A stretch of 64,000 nucleotides of DNA, taken from NCBI GenBank assembly GCA_963777605.1, contig CAVZRV010000035.1, positions 96,001-160,000 of the forward strand, given 5' to 3'. Shown piece after piece: positions 1-11,013 of the stretch. The translations under genes and the position numbers were made by a program. Source of the DNA: an uncultured Acidobacteriota bacterium (lineage in GTDB: Bacteria > Acidobacteriota > UBA6911 > RPQK01 > JAPXNP01). The number at the start of each line of letters is the position of its first letter. The first letter of the stretch is position 1. The notes under the pieces were generated by a model. The model saw nothing but the letters and a program-made list of their open reading frames with translations. It had not been told where the DNA came from and did not search any database.

Positions 1-343
1 ACTCATCCAATGATGCAATTGTGGCTCATACAGCCTCCGCCGGGTGATCCGGGCTGTGGGTTCGAAGGGTCCGAAGGTGTTCCCCCGTATCCGAGTTCGG
101 TAACCCGTCACCCGTTTGTCACCCACTCTGATTCCGAGGTGTCCCTAATCTTCCGGTTTCTCGGTCGGTGGTCATCGAGAACTGATAAAGCAGTTCCCTT
201 CCCTCGTGTGTGAATCTGTGTGTGAAAAAATATCCAAAATCTGCCAAAACGTGGAAAATCGACCAAAATCGGCAAAACGGCAACCCGCTTGATTTCAGCA
301 ACTTATTGAAAATGAGGAGGTTGTGAAACACGAGGGTTCCTGT

Positions 344-388
344 CTTCTAATCCGTAGGCCGCGCGTTCGAATCGCGCCGGGCGCGCCA
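344..388 (+). tRNA. 3' half of tRNA-Arg(TCT); att-site relic, not a full tRNA
   Basis: CTTCTAA anticodon loop, T-arm GCGCG-TTCGAAT-CGCGC, ends GCGCGCCA; no D-arm or acceptor 5' strand upstream. Confidence 0.8.
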
Positions 389-403
389 TTTTCTCCTTTC
401 TTT

Positions 404-712
404 TCAATATTTTCCAGCATTCCCATGAGCCCTCTCGTACAGGGAAACTGACAACTGTGTGAGAAAACTCCTTTCAAGACGTCTAAAATAATTCTTCGGA
501 TCGAACCAAAAGAACTTGTCGGACATGACAACGGTTACGTTGATGATTTTCGGCAGATCAACCAGACGGCGTGGCGGTTCATGAAGGTTAAGAGCTGTGA
601 AGGTTTTTTGAATCGCCTCTGCCAGAATTTCGCCGGTGAGATTGACTGAACTTGCGAAGAGATGGAGATCGTAGAAATCTTTCATCCGGCTGTTCAGTTC
701 ACCCAACTTCAC
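404..712 (-). pseudogene. C-terminal fragment of an AbiEii-type nucleotidyltransferase toxin
   Basis: NSRMKDFYDL motif typical of AbiEii/AbiGii; N-terminus absent. Confidence 0.65.
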
Positions 713-816
713 CGTTTCGGCTCAAGTGAAGAGCGCTTCGAGTATCTGGTTCGCGGGCAGTTCATCGAAGTCTGGCTCGACGAGAGCGCTTCCGGGACGG
801 AACCTACACTGTTTCA

Positions 817-1929
817 GTGAAGACGGCTATGCTGAACACCAACCGCCCCATTGCATTGACGGGGGCAGAGCCTTCGGGAGAGACTGAATCGAGGCCGTAT
901 GCTATGCGATATATCCAGCTAATGGTTTTGTTGCTGCTTCCCTCCACTGCACTCAGTGCCGAAATCAGTATCTGTGTCTCCTATCCGGATGGTGAGCCTG
1001 CCCAGCGAATCAAGGTTCAGGAGGTGGGCCTGGAAAGAGCTAATATTCACAGTGACCTTCTTGGAACTACTGACAACCGGGGGAGGATCGAAACTTCTAT
1101 TAGAATAAAGCCACGAACCATCCCTGACGATTTGAGAGGCAATTACGTGTACGCCTATAGATATGTCGTGATGCCAGATGAATTTCAATGGGAAGTGTCA
1201 GATATCTATTGGACCGTCTTCCCGGATCAAGACGCTGAATCGTTTGGAAAACACTTTTCAAACAGGGAGAATTGGTCGATCGGGAAAAAGGTAAAGATCT
1301 CACAAAGTACTCGAATAGAGTGGAATGTTATCCTAAAGAAGAGCGCCGACACTGAAGTTGGCTTTAGAGATCAATCCAATAACCCAATAAAGAATTTGAG
1401 GGTATCGGTTGAGCTCGATTTGCAGGCTCAAAGTCATACCGGGTTCGGAGGGAGCATCACGGTAGCTGATACCTATACAGACGACAACGGAAATATTACT
1501 CTCCATAATCCAGGAGACTTCTTCTACAGCTTTTCACTACCATATCAACGTCAATACATGACGCCTGATCTTGATTATTGGTCAGATACCATAACCAAGA
1601 GGCTCACAGATGGAGACAATTTAATCACATTCCATAGATGCGTTGAGAAGCCACTCAGAGTTGTTGTATGGGACACAGTCACGGGAGAGCCTGTTTCTGG
1701 AGCAAGCATCATGGCAACGATGAAATTCGCAGGCGCGGTACAAGGAGGCCCGCTGGGGGCTGGTATTGTCACGGATGCAAACGGGATTTACATGTCGAAT
1801 GACTTTTGTACAGAGCACCTGGTTGAGTTTGGGGTAGCCAAGAAGGGTTACAGGCCTTCCTTGATAAGCATTGACAACTATATACCCGGCAATTTCTATA
1901 GGTTTCGATTAGAACCGGAAAGCAAATAG
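817..1929 (+). CDS. Secreted hypothetical protein with carboxypeptidase-regulatory-like beta-sandwich repeats
   Basis: Signal peptide from the internal Met (MRYIQLMVLLLLPSTALSA); repeated TDxxG and DTVTGEPVSGA motifs. Confidence 0.7.
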   Translation: MKTAMLNTNRPIALTGAEPSGETESRPYAMRYIQLMVLLLLPSTALSAEISICVSYPDGEPAQRIKVQEVGLERANIHSDLLGTTDNRGRIETSIRIKPRTIPDDLRGNYVYAYRYVVMPDEFQWEVSDIYWTVFPDQDAESFGKHFSNRENWSIGKKVKISQSTRIEWNVILKKSADTEVGFRDQSNNPIKNLRVSVELDLQAQSHTGFGGSITVADTYTDDNGNITLHNPGDFFYSFSLPYQRQYMTPDLDYWSDTITKRLTDGDNLITFHRCVEKPLRVVVWDTVTGEPVSGASIMATMKFAGAVQGGPLGAGIVTDANGIYMSNDFCTEHLVEFGVAKKGYRPSLISIDNYIPGNFYRFRLEPESK

Positions 1930-2133
1930 AACACCCGTCCAGTAGCGACCGTGTCCCGAGGAGATGTTTTCGTGGTCCCCGACAGGTGGATTCTGACTCC
2001 AGCTCCATTTCCACACCAGGGAAATGTCATCCTCGAGCAGGTGGACGACCGTTGGATGTTCAGTCTCCATGGCGGTTTCCCGAGACCGGCGCTATACTCG
2101 TTGAGACGTTAGGCATGTCTTGAGGGCAGAGCA

Positions 2134-2430
2134 ATGAACCAGGACGAGGTCATCGCCAGACTGAAACAACATCGCGATCGGTTGCGCCCGTACTCCGTCC
2201 AGGCGCTCTACCTCTTCGGCTCGGTCGCTCGGAACGAAGCTTCCGCAGCCAGCGATGTCGACCTGCTGGTCGAGTTTGAAGCGGGTGCTCACATCGGACT
2301 GTTCGACTTTGTCCGACTGCGCCGCCTTCTGGCAGAGATTCTCGGATGCGAAGTCGACCTGGTGACCCGCGATGCTCTCCATCCGGCGATGAAAGACAGC
2401 ATTCTCGAGGAGGCCATCCGTGCCGCGTAG
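2134..2430 (+). CDS. mntA: MNT minimal nucleotidyltransferase antitoxin
   Basis: LFGSVARNEA...SDVDLLVEF motif; overlaps the HEPN gene. Confidence 0.9.
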   Translation: MNQDEVIARLKQHRDRLRPYSVQALYLFGSVARNEASAASDVDLLVEFEAGAHIGLFDFVRLRRLLAEILGCEVDLVTRDALHPAMKDSILEEAIRAA

Positions 2431-2764
2431 GTCCTGGCGCTTGTGGGCCGAGGACATCCTTCAGGCGCTCGAGACGATTCACGACTATACCCGGGACATG
2501 GATCGCGACGACTTCATCCGCGACCGCAGAACGATCGATGCCGTGTTGAGAAACCTGATCGTCGTCGGGGAAGCCTCTCGAAAGATGCCGGCTGAAGTAC
2601 AACAAGCCAATCCTCAGATTCCCTGGCAGGAGATGTCGGACATGCGCAACGTGGTCGTCCATGAGTACTTCGGCGTCAGTGTTCCGATCATCTGGGACAC
2701 CATCGAACGGGATCTGCCTCCTCTCATTCCTGCGTTTCGCCGCCTCCTGGACGAGTCCGAGTGA
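2420..2764 (+). CDS. hepT: HEPN (DUF86) RNase toxin
   Basis: RNVVVHEY (RX4HXY) motif; paired with MNT. Confidence 0.9.
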   Translation: MPRRSWRLWAEDILQALETIHDYTRDMDRDDFIRDRRTIDAVLRNLIVVGEASRKMPAEVQQANPQIPWQEMSDMRNVVVHEYFGVSVPIIWDTIERDLPPLIPAFRRLLDESE

Positions 2765-3040
2765 TTGGCAACCTTGCACAGGCGCCCATGACTCTCATAA
2801 GTCCTTGGCCTACCCCCGTTCTTTGTACCAGGGCCTATGAGAGTCTGTGGTTCATGGTGACGGATTCCGGGGTTTCTGGCCCTATCCTGTCGTTCCCCCT
2901 TCGCCTCTCAACAGAAACGCCGAATCTGTCTCATTGATGGAGCAGCGCCGAAGCCGAATGCAACTGCCGACCTTGCCTGCCTGACCGATTGACCGGACGG
3001 GTGAGAGCCTGTACATTCGCTCATTCCCCCAGGGATCAAC

Positions 3041-5086
3041 ATGACCGGATTTGGCGCACGCAGATGGGGTCCAATCATAATAGCGGCATTTCTCAGCTTC
3101 GCTGCACCACATGCCGCTGATACCCTCCATCGCAGCGCGGCCCCCCAAAAGGTACAAAAACCTCCTGTAATCGACGGGCGCCTGGATGATGATGCCTGGA
3201 AAGAGGCCCCTGTACTCAGTGACTTCATCCAGTTTGAGCCGGACAAGGGAGCACCGGCCACTGTCCGGACTGAGGTGCGCGTTCTTTATGACGACACCCA
3301 TATCTATTTCGGATTCAAATGCTGGGATCCGGATCCCGACAAGATCGTACTGGGCACCGCGCGTGACGGTCTGAGAATGGGCACGGACAGTGTGGATGTC
3401 CTGGTGGACACATTCCACGACATGCGTACTGGTTACTACTTCCGCACGAATCCTCTCGGTGTCCAGCATGACGGACTCGTTTCGGACAACGGCCGGGTAG
3501 CGGACACGACCTGGGACGGAGTCTGGCAGTCGGAAGGCGCCTGGATACCGGAAGGATGGAGTGCGGAAATGGCGATTCCCCTGTCAACGGTCAAGTACCG
3601 GGAAGGCGAAGATCAGACCTGGGGCTTCCAGACCAGCCGCTACCTGCCTCGCAACCTTGAGAAGAGTTTCTGGACAGGGCCGCTTGAAGACTATAGAAAG
3701 ATGGATGGAAACGGGACCTTGACGGATCTCGATCTGTTGGCTCCTTCCCGGAGGCTGGAGCTGATCCCCCACCTACTCACCCAATTTGAGAAGGAAGGTA
3801 AAACACAGGTCGAAACAGGTCTGGACGCCCGCTATGATTTCACTCCCTCACTTTCGGGTCACCTAACCGTCAACCCGGACTTTGCCACGGTGGAAGCCGA
3901 CGACGAACAGGTGAACCTGACCCGTTTCGAGTTGGGCCTGCCGGAAAAGCGTCAATTCTTTATGGAGGGCAGTGCCGCATTCTCCCAGCGTATCCAGCTT
4001 TTCTATTCTCGGCGCATTTCGGATATCTTCGGCGGAGCCAAGCTATACGGCAAACTCGGGAACAACGAGATTTCCACGATAATCGTCCAGAGCAAGGAGG
4101 ATGACTACGGCCTGGATTCAGCCAATTACAGCGTCTTTCGGATCAAGCGCGACGTGTTGAGCAGCTCTTCGATCGGATTCTTGACAGCCAACCGCGTGGT
4201 CAATGGACGCGCACAGGGAACGGCGGGGCTGGACGCCGCACTCTTCTTCTCGGAAACTTTCAATCTGACCGGGCAATTCGCCGTCGGGTATGGAGAGGCC
4301 GGTAAGACGGACACCGCCTTCTTTATCCGACCCAGTCATGACACCTCGACTTTCCACATCCATCTCAGATTCACTCACCTGGGCGAGTACTTTGGCGACA
4401 ACGTCAACGCGGTGGGATACATCCAGGACGATAACCGAAACGAGCTCGACTCCGCGATATCCAAGACATTCTGGACCAACGGCTCTTTCCTCGACAAGAT
4501 CGACTACACGTCGAACTACAATGTTTACTGGGGCATGGACAAGGCACTTCGCTCCTGGGATGCGTGGAATGCCCTGACACTCGACCTCAGGAACAGATTC
4601 AGCTTCGATGTTCGCCATGAAGAGGAATTCAAACTGTTCGAAAAGGAATTCCGCAATCGTCAGACAACCTTCGGATCCGGATACAACACCCGCGAGTGGC
4701 AGTCCGCCGCAGTAAGCTGGACATTCGGGCGCAATTTCGATTCGGACTTCACCTTGATCGGCGCTGAACTGCGACGCAAACTGTCGGAGAATCTTTCCCT
4801 CGAGTACGGCCTCTCAAGGTTGACTCTCGACCCTGATCCCGAACTCGACAGTACGTGGATTCACTCGTTTCGTGCCACCCAGTATTTCCAAAAAGATCTT
4901 TACTTCAAGTTCTTTTACCAGACCAACTCCGCAATCGACAAACGGAATCTCCAGGCTGTATTCGCCTGGCGTTTTCAGCCTCCTTTCGGCCTGCTTCAAC
5001 TGGCCTATCAAAAGGGATCCTCCAGATTTGGAGAGCGTGGTGACCAGGGCGATATCCTCTTCATCAAGCTGGCTCTTGTGTTATGA
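3041..5086 (+). CDS. CBM9-like / DUF5916 secreted or outer-membrane protein
   Basis: PVIDGRLDDDAW, WSAEMAIP, TVNPDFATVEAD and LPEKRQFF motifs; signal peptide. Confidence 0.85.
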   Translation: MTGFGARRWGPIIIAAFLSFAAPHAADTLHRSAAPQKVQKPPVIDGRLDDDAWKEAPVLSDFIQFEPDKGAPATVRTEVRVLYDDTHIYFGFKCWDPDPDKIVLGTARDGLRMGTDSVDVLVDTFHDMRTGYYFRTNPLGVQHDGLVSDNGRVADTTWDGVWQSEGAWIPEGWSAEMAIPLSTVKYREGEDQTWGFQTSRYLPRNLEKSFWTGPLEDYRKMDGNGTLTDLDLLAPSRRLELIPHLLTQFEKEGKTQVETGLDARYDFTPSLSGHLTVNPDFATVEADDEQVNLTRFELGLPEKRQFFMEGSAAFSQRIQLFYSRRISDIFGGAKLYGKLGNNEISTIIVQSKEDDYGLDSANYSVFRIKRDVLSSSSIGFLTANRVVNGRAQGTAGLDAALFFSETFNLTGQFAVGYGEAGKTDTAFFIRPSHDTSTFHIHLRFTHLGEYFGDNVNAVGYIQDDNRNELDSAISKTFWTNGSFLDKIDYTSNYNVYWGMDKALRSWDAWNALTLDLRNRFSFDVRHEEEFKLFEKEFRNRQTTFGSGYNTREWQSAAVSWTFGRNFDSDFTLIGAELRRKLSENLSLEYGLSRLTLDPDPELDSTWIHSFRATQYFQKDLYFKFFYQTNSAIDKRNLQAVFAWRFQPPFGLLQLAYQKGSSRFGERGDQGDILFIKLALVL

Positions 5087-5494
5087 GGAGCTGCATCCGG
5101 GACCTCGTTCCAGAACCGTTAAATGCAGTGTCCCCGCACAGACGGTTTGCCAAAACATATACCCGGCTTGATCGAAATCCGGGCCCACAGATCTCCGCCT
5201 TTCATCTGCGAGCTTCGTCAGCGAAGAACAGCAGACAACCGTGGAACTGGGGCAGCAAATCAAGAAGTGAAGCTGAGCTCCGGTTGCTACTTTGCATCGT
5301 CCGTGAAATACGAGAAATTAACCAAGAACTGCTGCAGTACTGGCAGGGTGAAAGAGACTGAGTCAACATGCTCACTTATCAAATTCGGCCCCGTGTCTTT
5401 TCTACTCATGGAGATGATTCGCTACGCTTTCCTGCAGAGGGTGAAGTAAAGTTCCGGTTCTCCCCTCTTCAGCCGTTCGGTATGGAGGCCGGGA

Positions 5495-6301
5495 ATGGCC
5501 ATACGGCGGTGCGTTCGGTTCCAGAGACGGCCCTGTTCGATGCCAACACCGGTGCTCACACGATTAATAGTGGAACGGCTCCAGGAACACGCCATGCGTT
5601 ACAAGACAAACTTGGACCCATTTGCACGTAGAGAGGAAGGCTCCGAGACGAGGCAGAACAACGGAGGCGGAGAGCGGTCTTTCTTTATTTCTCGCTTGCT
5701 CACACTGCAGTACCTGGCCGCTGTCACGCTTTGCCTGGACGTGATCAGTCCAGACCAGATTTCGATCATTCCGAAGCTACTCATGGTGGGAATGCTGGTC
5801 GGTCTCGCCACGATTCTCCTCCTCTTGATGATCAAACCGGTCTTGCAAGTCGGGCCCCGGGGATTCAAATATCTCTGGCTCGAACCGTTTGAATGGGGTG
5901 ACATTGAGGAGATTGTCTACTTCAACGTCAGAGGTCTCGCCTCCATGAAAGTCACTCTCGATCGCGCGGTATTGAGCCGGACTCCATCCAGAATTGTCAG
6001 GATGATCTTCAAGGCCGGTGGGCGACACCTGTGGTTCAGAGGATGGCGGGGTATCGATCTGGAACAACTCACCGACGCGATTGGCGGATTTTCGAGATCA
6101 AAGAGGTCTTTTAGGGTGGAGTCCTTGCTTGGAGTATCGATGGTCGTAGGGATCGGGTTCACCCCCTTGGAAAAAGGCCTCATGTTTCTGTACGTGTCCG
6201 TTTTTCTCGTTTGGGCTGTGTCCGAATATCGCAAGCGATGGAAGAGACTGGCTCGGCGACGGCGCAAGCTCGAAAAGCTTCGAACTGACCAGCGTAACTA
6301 A
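5495..6301 (+). CDS. Hypothetical membrane protein
   Basis: About 4 hydrophobic segments; true start probably the ATG near 5594. Confidence 0.55.
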   Translation: MAIRRCVRFQRRPCSMPTPVLTRLIVERLQEHAMRYKTNLDPFARREEGSETRQNNGGGERSFFISRLLTLQYLAAVTLCLDVISPDQISIIPKLLMVGMLVGLATILLLLMIKPVLQVGPRGFKYLWLEPFEWGDIEEIVYFNVRGLASMKVTLDRAVLSRTPSRIVRMIFKAGGRHLWFRGWRGIDLEQLTDAIGGFSRSKRSFRVESLLGVSMVVGIGFTPLEKGLMFLYVSVFLVWAVSEYRKRWKRLARRRRKLEKLRTDQRN

Positions 6302-6408
6302 TGTTGCGCCTTCGGGAGGTAGAGTAGACAATGAACCTAAGAATCGGATTGGGTAACACCGCCTCGGTTAGTCGACACTGATCGGGTGAACAAAGGAGGC
6401 GCTCAACC

Positions 6409-7380
6409 ATGAATAGGGCCACCTGCCCGCTTTTGTACTTGCTACTCTTCTCAGGCCTCGCTTTGGGCGGTCAGGAGTACACAATAATTACCTGCAAAAT
6501 GGAGGAATTCCACCCGGGATTTTTTCGGATCACGGAAGACGGAATCAGTCGAACTCCACACTGTCGATGCGACTCGACTGACTTTCGTGCAGGTAAGCGA
6601 GATGGATTTCACATCCGAGTCGAACACTGGTCCAGTTCTGCACATCAACTCGTCTTCTATTTAGACGTGCCCGAGCCAGTTCGTATCCATCGGTTCGAAG
6701 TAAACTCTTCCTGGTCAAACTTCCGACACCTTGGGATGCACTCTTCGTTGCCGGTCCAAGTCGATGCCCAGAGAACATTTCGCTTGACCCCGACCAACTC
6801 TTGGGACTTCACCGCCGGAAATAGTTTCAACGTCCAGATTGAAGTCTCCCTACTTTCTGAAGCACCGGAGCGCCGCCACCTCATCGAGTTGTCCGGCGTT
6901 CTCGAGGAACGAAACGGATCGAAACCATTTAAGACGATTGAACTTAAGCCCGAGAAGACCGACAGACAGGTAGCCCCGGAAGAGTTTTCACGTGCGATTC
7001 GTGGAGGCCCATGTTCTGGCGTGCTCTTCTATGTCGCGAGCCGCGTACTGGATCGGGAGACCCTTATCCTTCGCCTGGAGGTAGGTCCTCCGATCGAGAT
7101 CCGTGGCATCAAGGTTCTGGGACCTTACAGCAACCCTGACGGGTTTCGCTCGCTTGTTTCCGTGTTTGGAACGAGAGTGGAGGAGGCGCTCCCGGCAAAG
7201 ACCGATCGACTCAACGATGTCTACTACCGTCTGAATCCCGAACATCGAATGCAGTCCTCAGGATCACTGGAGAACCTGGAGATCGAATTCGAAATTGAGA
7301 TCGGCGGATGCCCATCGACGCACGGAGAGGTGAACGAGGGAACCGAAACTCTTCGGTATCGAGCCCGCCCGATGAAATAG
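6409..7380 (+). CDS. Secreted hypothetical protein
   Basis: AGGAGG RBS; signal peptide; internally duplicated domain. Confidence 0.7.
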   Translation: MNRATCPLLYLLLFSGLALGGQEYTIITCKMEEFHPGFFRITEDGISRTPHCRCDSTDFRAGKRDGFHIRVEHWSSSAHQLVFYLDVPEPVRIHRFEVNSSWSNFRHLGMHSSLPVQVDAQRTFRLTPTNSWDFTAGNSFNVQIEVSLLSEAPERRHLIELSGVLEERNGSKPFKTIELKPEKTDRQVAPEEFSRAIRGGPCSGVLFYVASRVLDRETLILRLEVGPPIEIRGIKVLGPYSNPDGFRSLVSVFGTRVEEALPAKTDRLNDVYYRLNPEHRMQSSGSLENLEIEFEIEIGGCPSTHGEVNEGTETLRYRARPMK

Positions 7381-7422
7381 AGCAATCCATTCAGCAAAGG
7401 CGATGCCTCAGTCCGGATCTCT

Positions 7423-7986
7423 CTATTGCTCCTTGTCTCTAGCGACAAGTCGCATAATTCCCTCCACGATCAGACTGTGCTCAACTTGCGACTCACCACA
7501 GCGGAATGTAATCGCAAAATCGAACATGGCGCCAACCTTGAATTCGGAGGAGAGGGAAAAGTACATCTGTTCGCTCTTCTGAACGTGGTGTGGATACGCT
7601 GGACCGAAGACCCCTTCCCCGTCGACAGTGGCGAAAGCCGGACTTGGGCGATACCTCTGCGGTAGACGGACACCGCTGATCTCAGCTGGGTGCTCCGTAT
7701 CGAAGCGGAGATTGATCTGGCCCTCTTTGGCGGGCAGTCCGGACAGGGAAACTCGGCCGCAGGCGCCGACCGTCATCGTGGCAGTCTTTCCGTCGTCGGA
7801 AATTTTCGTCCTGACTCCAGAGATCGAAGCATTGCCGAACTCTGGTTCAATCGACCTGATGACATGGAAATCCTCGTTGGGAACCCCCTGATTCGGCTGA
7901 CCCAAAACCGGAGCCAGAAGTCCCACAAAAGCCAAAGCAAGGACCAGAACGAACGTGACCATCGGCCGCACCCCAGCTCCTACCAC
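7423..7986 (-). CDS. Secreted hypothetical protein
   Basis: N-terminal hydrophobic signal; 187 aa. Confidence 0.6.
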   Translation of the reverse strand: MVGAGVRPMVTFVLVLALAFVGLLAPVLGQPNQGVPNEDFHVIRSIEPEFGNASISGVRTKISDDGKTATMTVGACGRVSLSGLPAKEGQINLRFDTEHPAEISGVRLPQRYRPSPAFATVDGEGVFGPAYPHHVQKSEQMYFSLSSEFKVGAMFDFAITFRCGESQVEHSLIVEGIMRLVARDKEQ

Positions 7987-7996
7987 CTTGCTTCAG

Positions 7997-8596
7997 TTAC
8001 TTCGGATGTTCTAAGCGGTTAGTCCAAGGCGGTGTGAACACATAATCGCAATCGCTTTCGAGAGCCCCTTGGAAACGCTCCAGGCTCTGATACAGGGCCC
8101 AACGGACACCCCTCCAGGTCGAGGCTGTCTGAACGTAGTCGTCGTGTGAGAAGAACGTGGCCATACTCGAATTGAAGGCAAGCGGCATATAACGCTCAAC
8201 ACTCGGATCACGCTTGAGAATGACTTTGTCCCAATACTCGACGAAATACTTCACCTCGTACCAATAGGGCTCATTGTTTTTCGGCGTGACATTTGGCGAG
8301 ACCTCCCGAGTCCTGCTCGTAATCGAAATAGTAAGCTGCGGCAGCCACATCTCTCCTGCCGAGTCCGGATCGGATTCGACGACCGGCACCCCTAACTCGG
8401 CAAGCCTCTCGAGGCAGTAGTCTCGGGCGACCTCGGAACTGATCTGAGTCTCCAGCAGGTCAATTCTCACTTCGAGACGGATTCATTGATCATCTCTAAA
8501 CAGCTCGGAAAGTGCGCCCTGGCCGAAAGCGGAAGATAGAAGAGCAGAGCAAGGAACGAGTCCAAGACAGACCAGCACAATTTGACGGACTGTCAT
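7997..8596 (-). pseudogene. Secreted hypothetical protein interrupted by an in-frame TGA at 8483-8485
   Basis: ATG at 8596 gives signal peptide MTVRQIVLVCLGLVPCSALLSSAFG, in frame with ORF 7997-8470 across one TGA. Confidence 0.6.
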
Positions 8597-8764
8597 CGCA
8601 ATTTTAGATGTTACGCTAGGGACGATTGAGCGGCAACCATCTTTCGGAGCCGTTGGCGCCACAAGAGCGCGAGCTGTAATGACATCCCGTACAGATCTGA
8701 TTGAGCCCTTGGTGCCGTGCCTCCATCCGTTCTCCAGAATCTCGCGGCAACATCTGGTAACTTC

Positions 8765-8890
8765 TGGTAGGCACCGATCTGTCTTTGCTGGATCGTAACT
8801 GTTGATTTGGTTAGGGTTTGGTAGGAATTGGGAGAGCGTTTCCGCCTAGCTGCAAAACCTTTATTCAGCGGTTCGAATCCGCTCGCCGCC
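8765..8890 (+). repeat. ~126-bp direct repeat, copy 1 (flank plus tRNA-Cys 3' half)
   Basis: Near-identical to 10888-11013. Confidence 0.9.
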
Positions 8891-8894
8891 TCCA
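8850..8894 (+). tRNA. 3' half of tRNA-Cys(GCA); att-site relic
   Basis: CTGCAAA anticodon loop, AGCGG-TTCGAAT-CCGCT T-arm, ends GCCTCCA. Confidence 0.8.
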
Positions 8895-9002
8895 ACTTCT
8901 TGTCCACGGCAGCTATTGGGCGTCATTCATCATCTGGGGAAATGAGTTGCCCTCCCTGGGAATTCACAACGAGGGAAAACACCCCGCCCAGTCAACGATT
9001 CG

Positions 9003-9317
9003 TCACGCGACTTGCAGTGGCTTGATGCGTTCGACATCTTTCTCGATGGACTGCCCCGCGTCCCAGAGATCGACCGACCGCTGCGCGTTGAGCCAGAATT
9101 CGGGTGTATTGCCGAACAATCGGGCCAGGCGAAGCGCCATTTCCGGGCTCAAGGCCCGCCGCTCCCTCAGCAGCTCATTGACCGTCTGACGGGACACACC
9201 GATCGCCCGTGCAAGCGCGGATGCCGTCAGGTCGAAATCGGGGAGAAAGTCTTCCCTCAACATCTCGCCCGGATGGGTCGGTCGAACGGTCCTCTTTCCT
9301 GTGTTGTTAAAGCTCAT
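9003..9317 (-). CDS. higA: HigA antitoxin (XRE HTH)
   Basis: HPGEMLREDFL...PEMALRLARLFGNTPEFWLNAQ. Confidence 0.92.
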   Translation of the reverse strand: MSFNNTGKRTVRPTHPGEMLREDFLPDFDLTASALARAIGVSRQTVNELLRERRALSPEMALRLARLFGNTPEFWLNAQRSVDLWDAGQSIEKDVERIKPLQVA

Positions 9318-9330
9318 ATCGAACCGGCTC

Positions 9331-9612
9331 CTAGTGGTAGTCCGTGATCTCGACATCGTAGGCATCGCCATCGACGAATCGAAAACAAATTCTCCACTGG
9401 TCGTTGACTGCAATCGCATACTGGCCGCGCCGTTCACGCTCAAGGGCATGCAAACGATTGCCCGGCGGGACTCTCAGATCGTCCAAACAGGTCGCAAGGT
9501 CCACATACTCCAGCTTTCGGACAGCCCTCCTGCTTACGTCGGGCGGAATACGCCTCGATTTGCCAGTGACATACAGTGCCTGCGTTTGTCGATCGGCAAA
9601 CGTCTTGATCAC
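9331..9612 (-). CDS. higB: HigB (RelE-family) toxin
   Basis: MIKTFAD...PPGNRLHAL...VNDQWRICFRF...EITDYH. Confidence 0.92.
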   Translation of the reverse strand: MIKTFADRQTQALYVTGKSRRIPPDVSRRAVRKLEYVDLATCLDDLRVPPGNRLHALERERRGQYAIAVNDQWRICFRFVDGDAYDVEITDYH

Positions 9613-9619
9613 CGGCCAA

Positions 9620-9648
9620 ACTGTAACGCGTCACGTGACGCAAGTCAA
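9620..9648 (-). promoter_or_regulatory. Sigma70 promoter of higBA with a palindromic operator in the spacer
   Basis: TTGACT-N17-TACAGT; perfect palindrome GCGTCACGTGACGC at 9628-9641; GTG start 7 nt after the -10 box, so probably leaderless. Confidence 0.7.
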
Positions 9649-10026
9649 CCGCAATCCTTGCAGCCAGCACACTACCGTTGTGTTCTTCCACCGGCATTGA
9701 TTAATCGAGCACCTTCCAAAACTCCTCGATGGTGCAAGATTCACGATTCTGGCCGAAGAGGCTAGCTGGCCCAACCCAAAAGGGCCAAAGCGAAACCGAG
9801 ACAAGGACCCAAATCGCACGAGTGGCTGCTTCCAACCTTCAATGGCGTCTCATCGCAGCTTCAAATTCTGAGTCACATCAGACGAATAGACAACCAAATC
9901 CAAAAGGCCAAGAAATCATTGACCGGGAAACCGTCCAGTTCGGCCTCGATTTGTGCGGCCTGATGATATCTGGAAGACAGTCGGGTAGGGGGGATACAAT
10001 TCGACTCTGCTGGTGGCACAAATCGC

Positions 10027-10809
10027 GTGAGTATCAGAATACTGGCTTTGGCATTGTTTCTGGCGGGCATTGGAGTACCTGCAAGAGCCTCCTCCTGTGT
10101 AACCGTCGGTGAGGCTGAGATCCAGCGCCTGTGTAATGGTCCCCTTCTGAACCGATCGATCCCTTGCGAACGTCCCTCAGGACTCAGAGCCGACCTCGAC
10201 GGTGACGGGAGCTGGAGACGGTCATTGCATCGGCCAGCAATGACCTGGAAACCGGCTTCCTGACGGTTGTCTCGGAATCGGATACCGTGGTCTTCCAGCT
10301 TCCCTTCGGCGGTGCGAGTTATGGGTCTGACCCGTACAACCTTCGGTGCGTGAACCGTGGCAAGTCGATGCCACTCGGAATCGTGGCCCCGTTTGGCGTG
10401 CTCGGGAGTACCTTTGCAGGGACCTACAACGTCCTGCTGAGCTGGTCCAGGAGGATATTATGTCTACACAAGGATTTTCACGCCGGGTGGCGACGTCACG
10501 ACAGAAGACCTAAATGGCGACGGTATCGACGAGATCCTGGTCCAGAGTTACGTGAACGACTATCCACCGATGACCGTGTTCTGGTGGGACGTATACGAAT
10601 GGACGGATTCAGCGCCTCAACTCGCAAATGCTGCCTTCCCGGAGTTTTTCAAGAGAAAGATCGAAGAGTATTACCAACCCAACGTCGACAAGGCACAGTC
10701 TGTCCAGCCAGAATCCAAACTAGACAAACGCTTATGGAAGGAGTTCCTGGACGTCAATCGCAAGATGATTTCCCAGGCACAAGGGATCATCGAAGAAGCG
10801 GAGCAATAA
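10027..10809 (+). pseudogene. Frameshifted secreted protein with FG-GAP/VCBS-like Ca-binding motifs
   Basis: Signal peptide; DLDGDG and DLNGDGIDEILV motifs in different frames. Confidence 0.5.
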
Positions 10810-10887
10810 TCCAACGCAAAAAGGCCACCTTGAATCTGCCTCCCTCCGGCTCACCGCCACTCTCACGGGTGAAGAATTGGTCATGAA

Positions 10888-11013
10888 TGGTAGGTGCCGA
10901 TCTGTCTCGGCTGGATCGTAACTGGCGATTTGGTTAAGGTTTGGCAGGAATTGGGAGAGCGTTTCCGTCTAGCTGCAAAACCTTTATTCAGCGGTTCGAA
11001 TCCGCTCGCCGCC
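10888..11013 (+). repeat. ~126-bp direct repeat, copy 2, with tRNA-Cys 3' fragment (10973-11013, no CCA)
   Basis: Matches 8765-8890. Confidence 0.9.

Noticed and set aside
344-388. Functional tRNA genes at the four tRNA-like sites
   Set aside because: All lack the 5' acceptor strand and D-arm
8483-8485. In-frame TGA as a third selenocysteine
   Set aside because: No redox motif and no convincing SECIS hairpin downstream; more likely a nonsense mutation or sequencing error
817-11013. Integron cassette array (small genes plus TA modules)
   Set aside because: No attC-like sites recognised, mixed gene orientations, and no integron integrase
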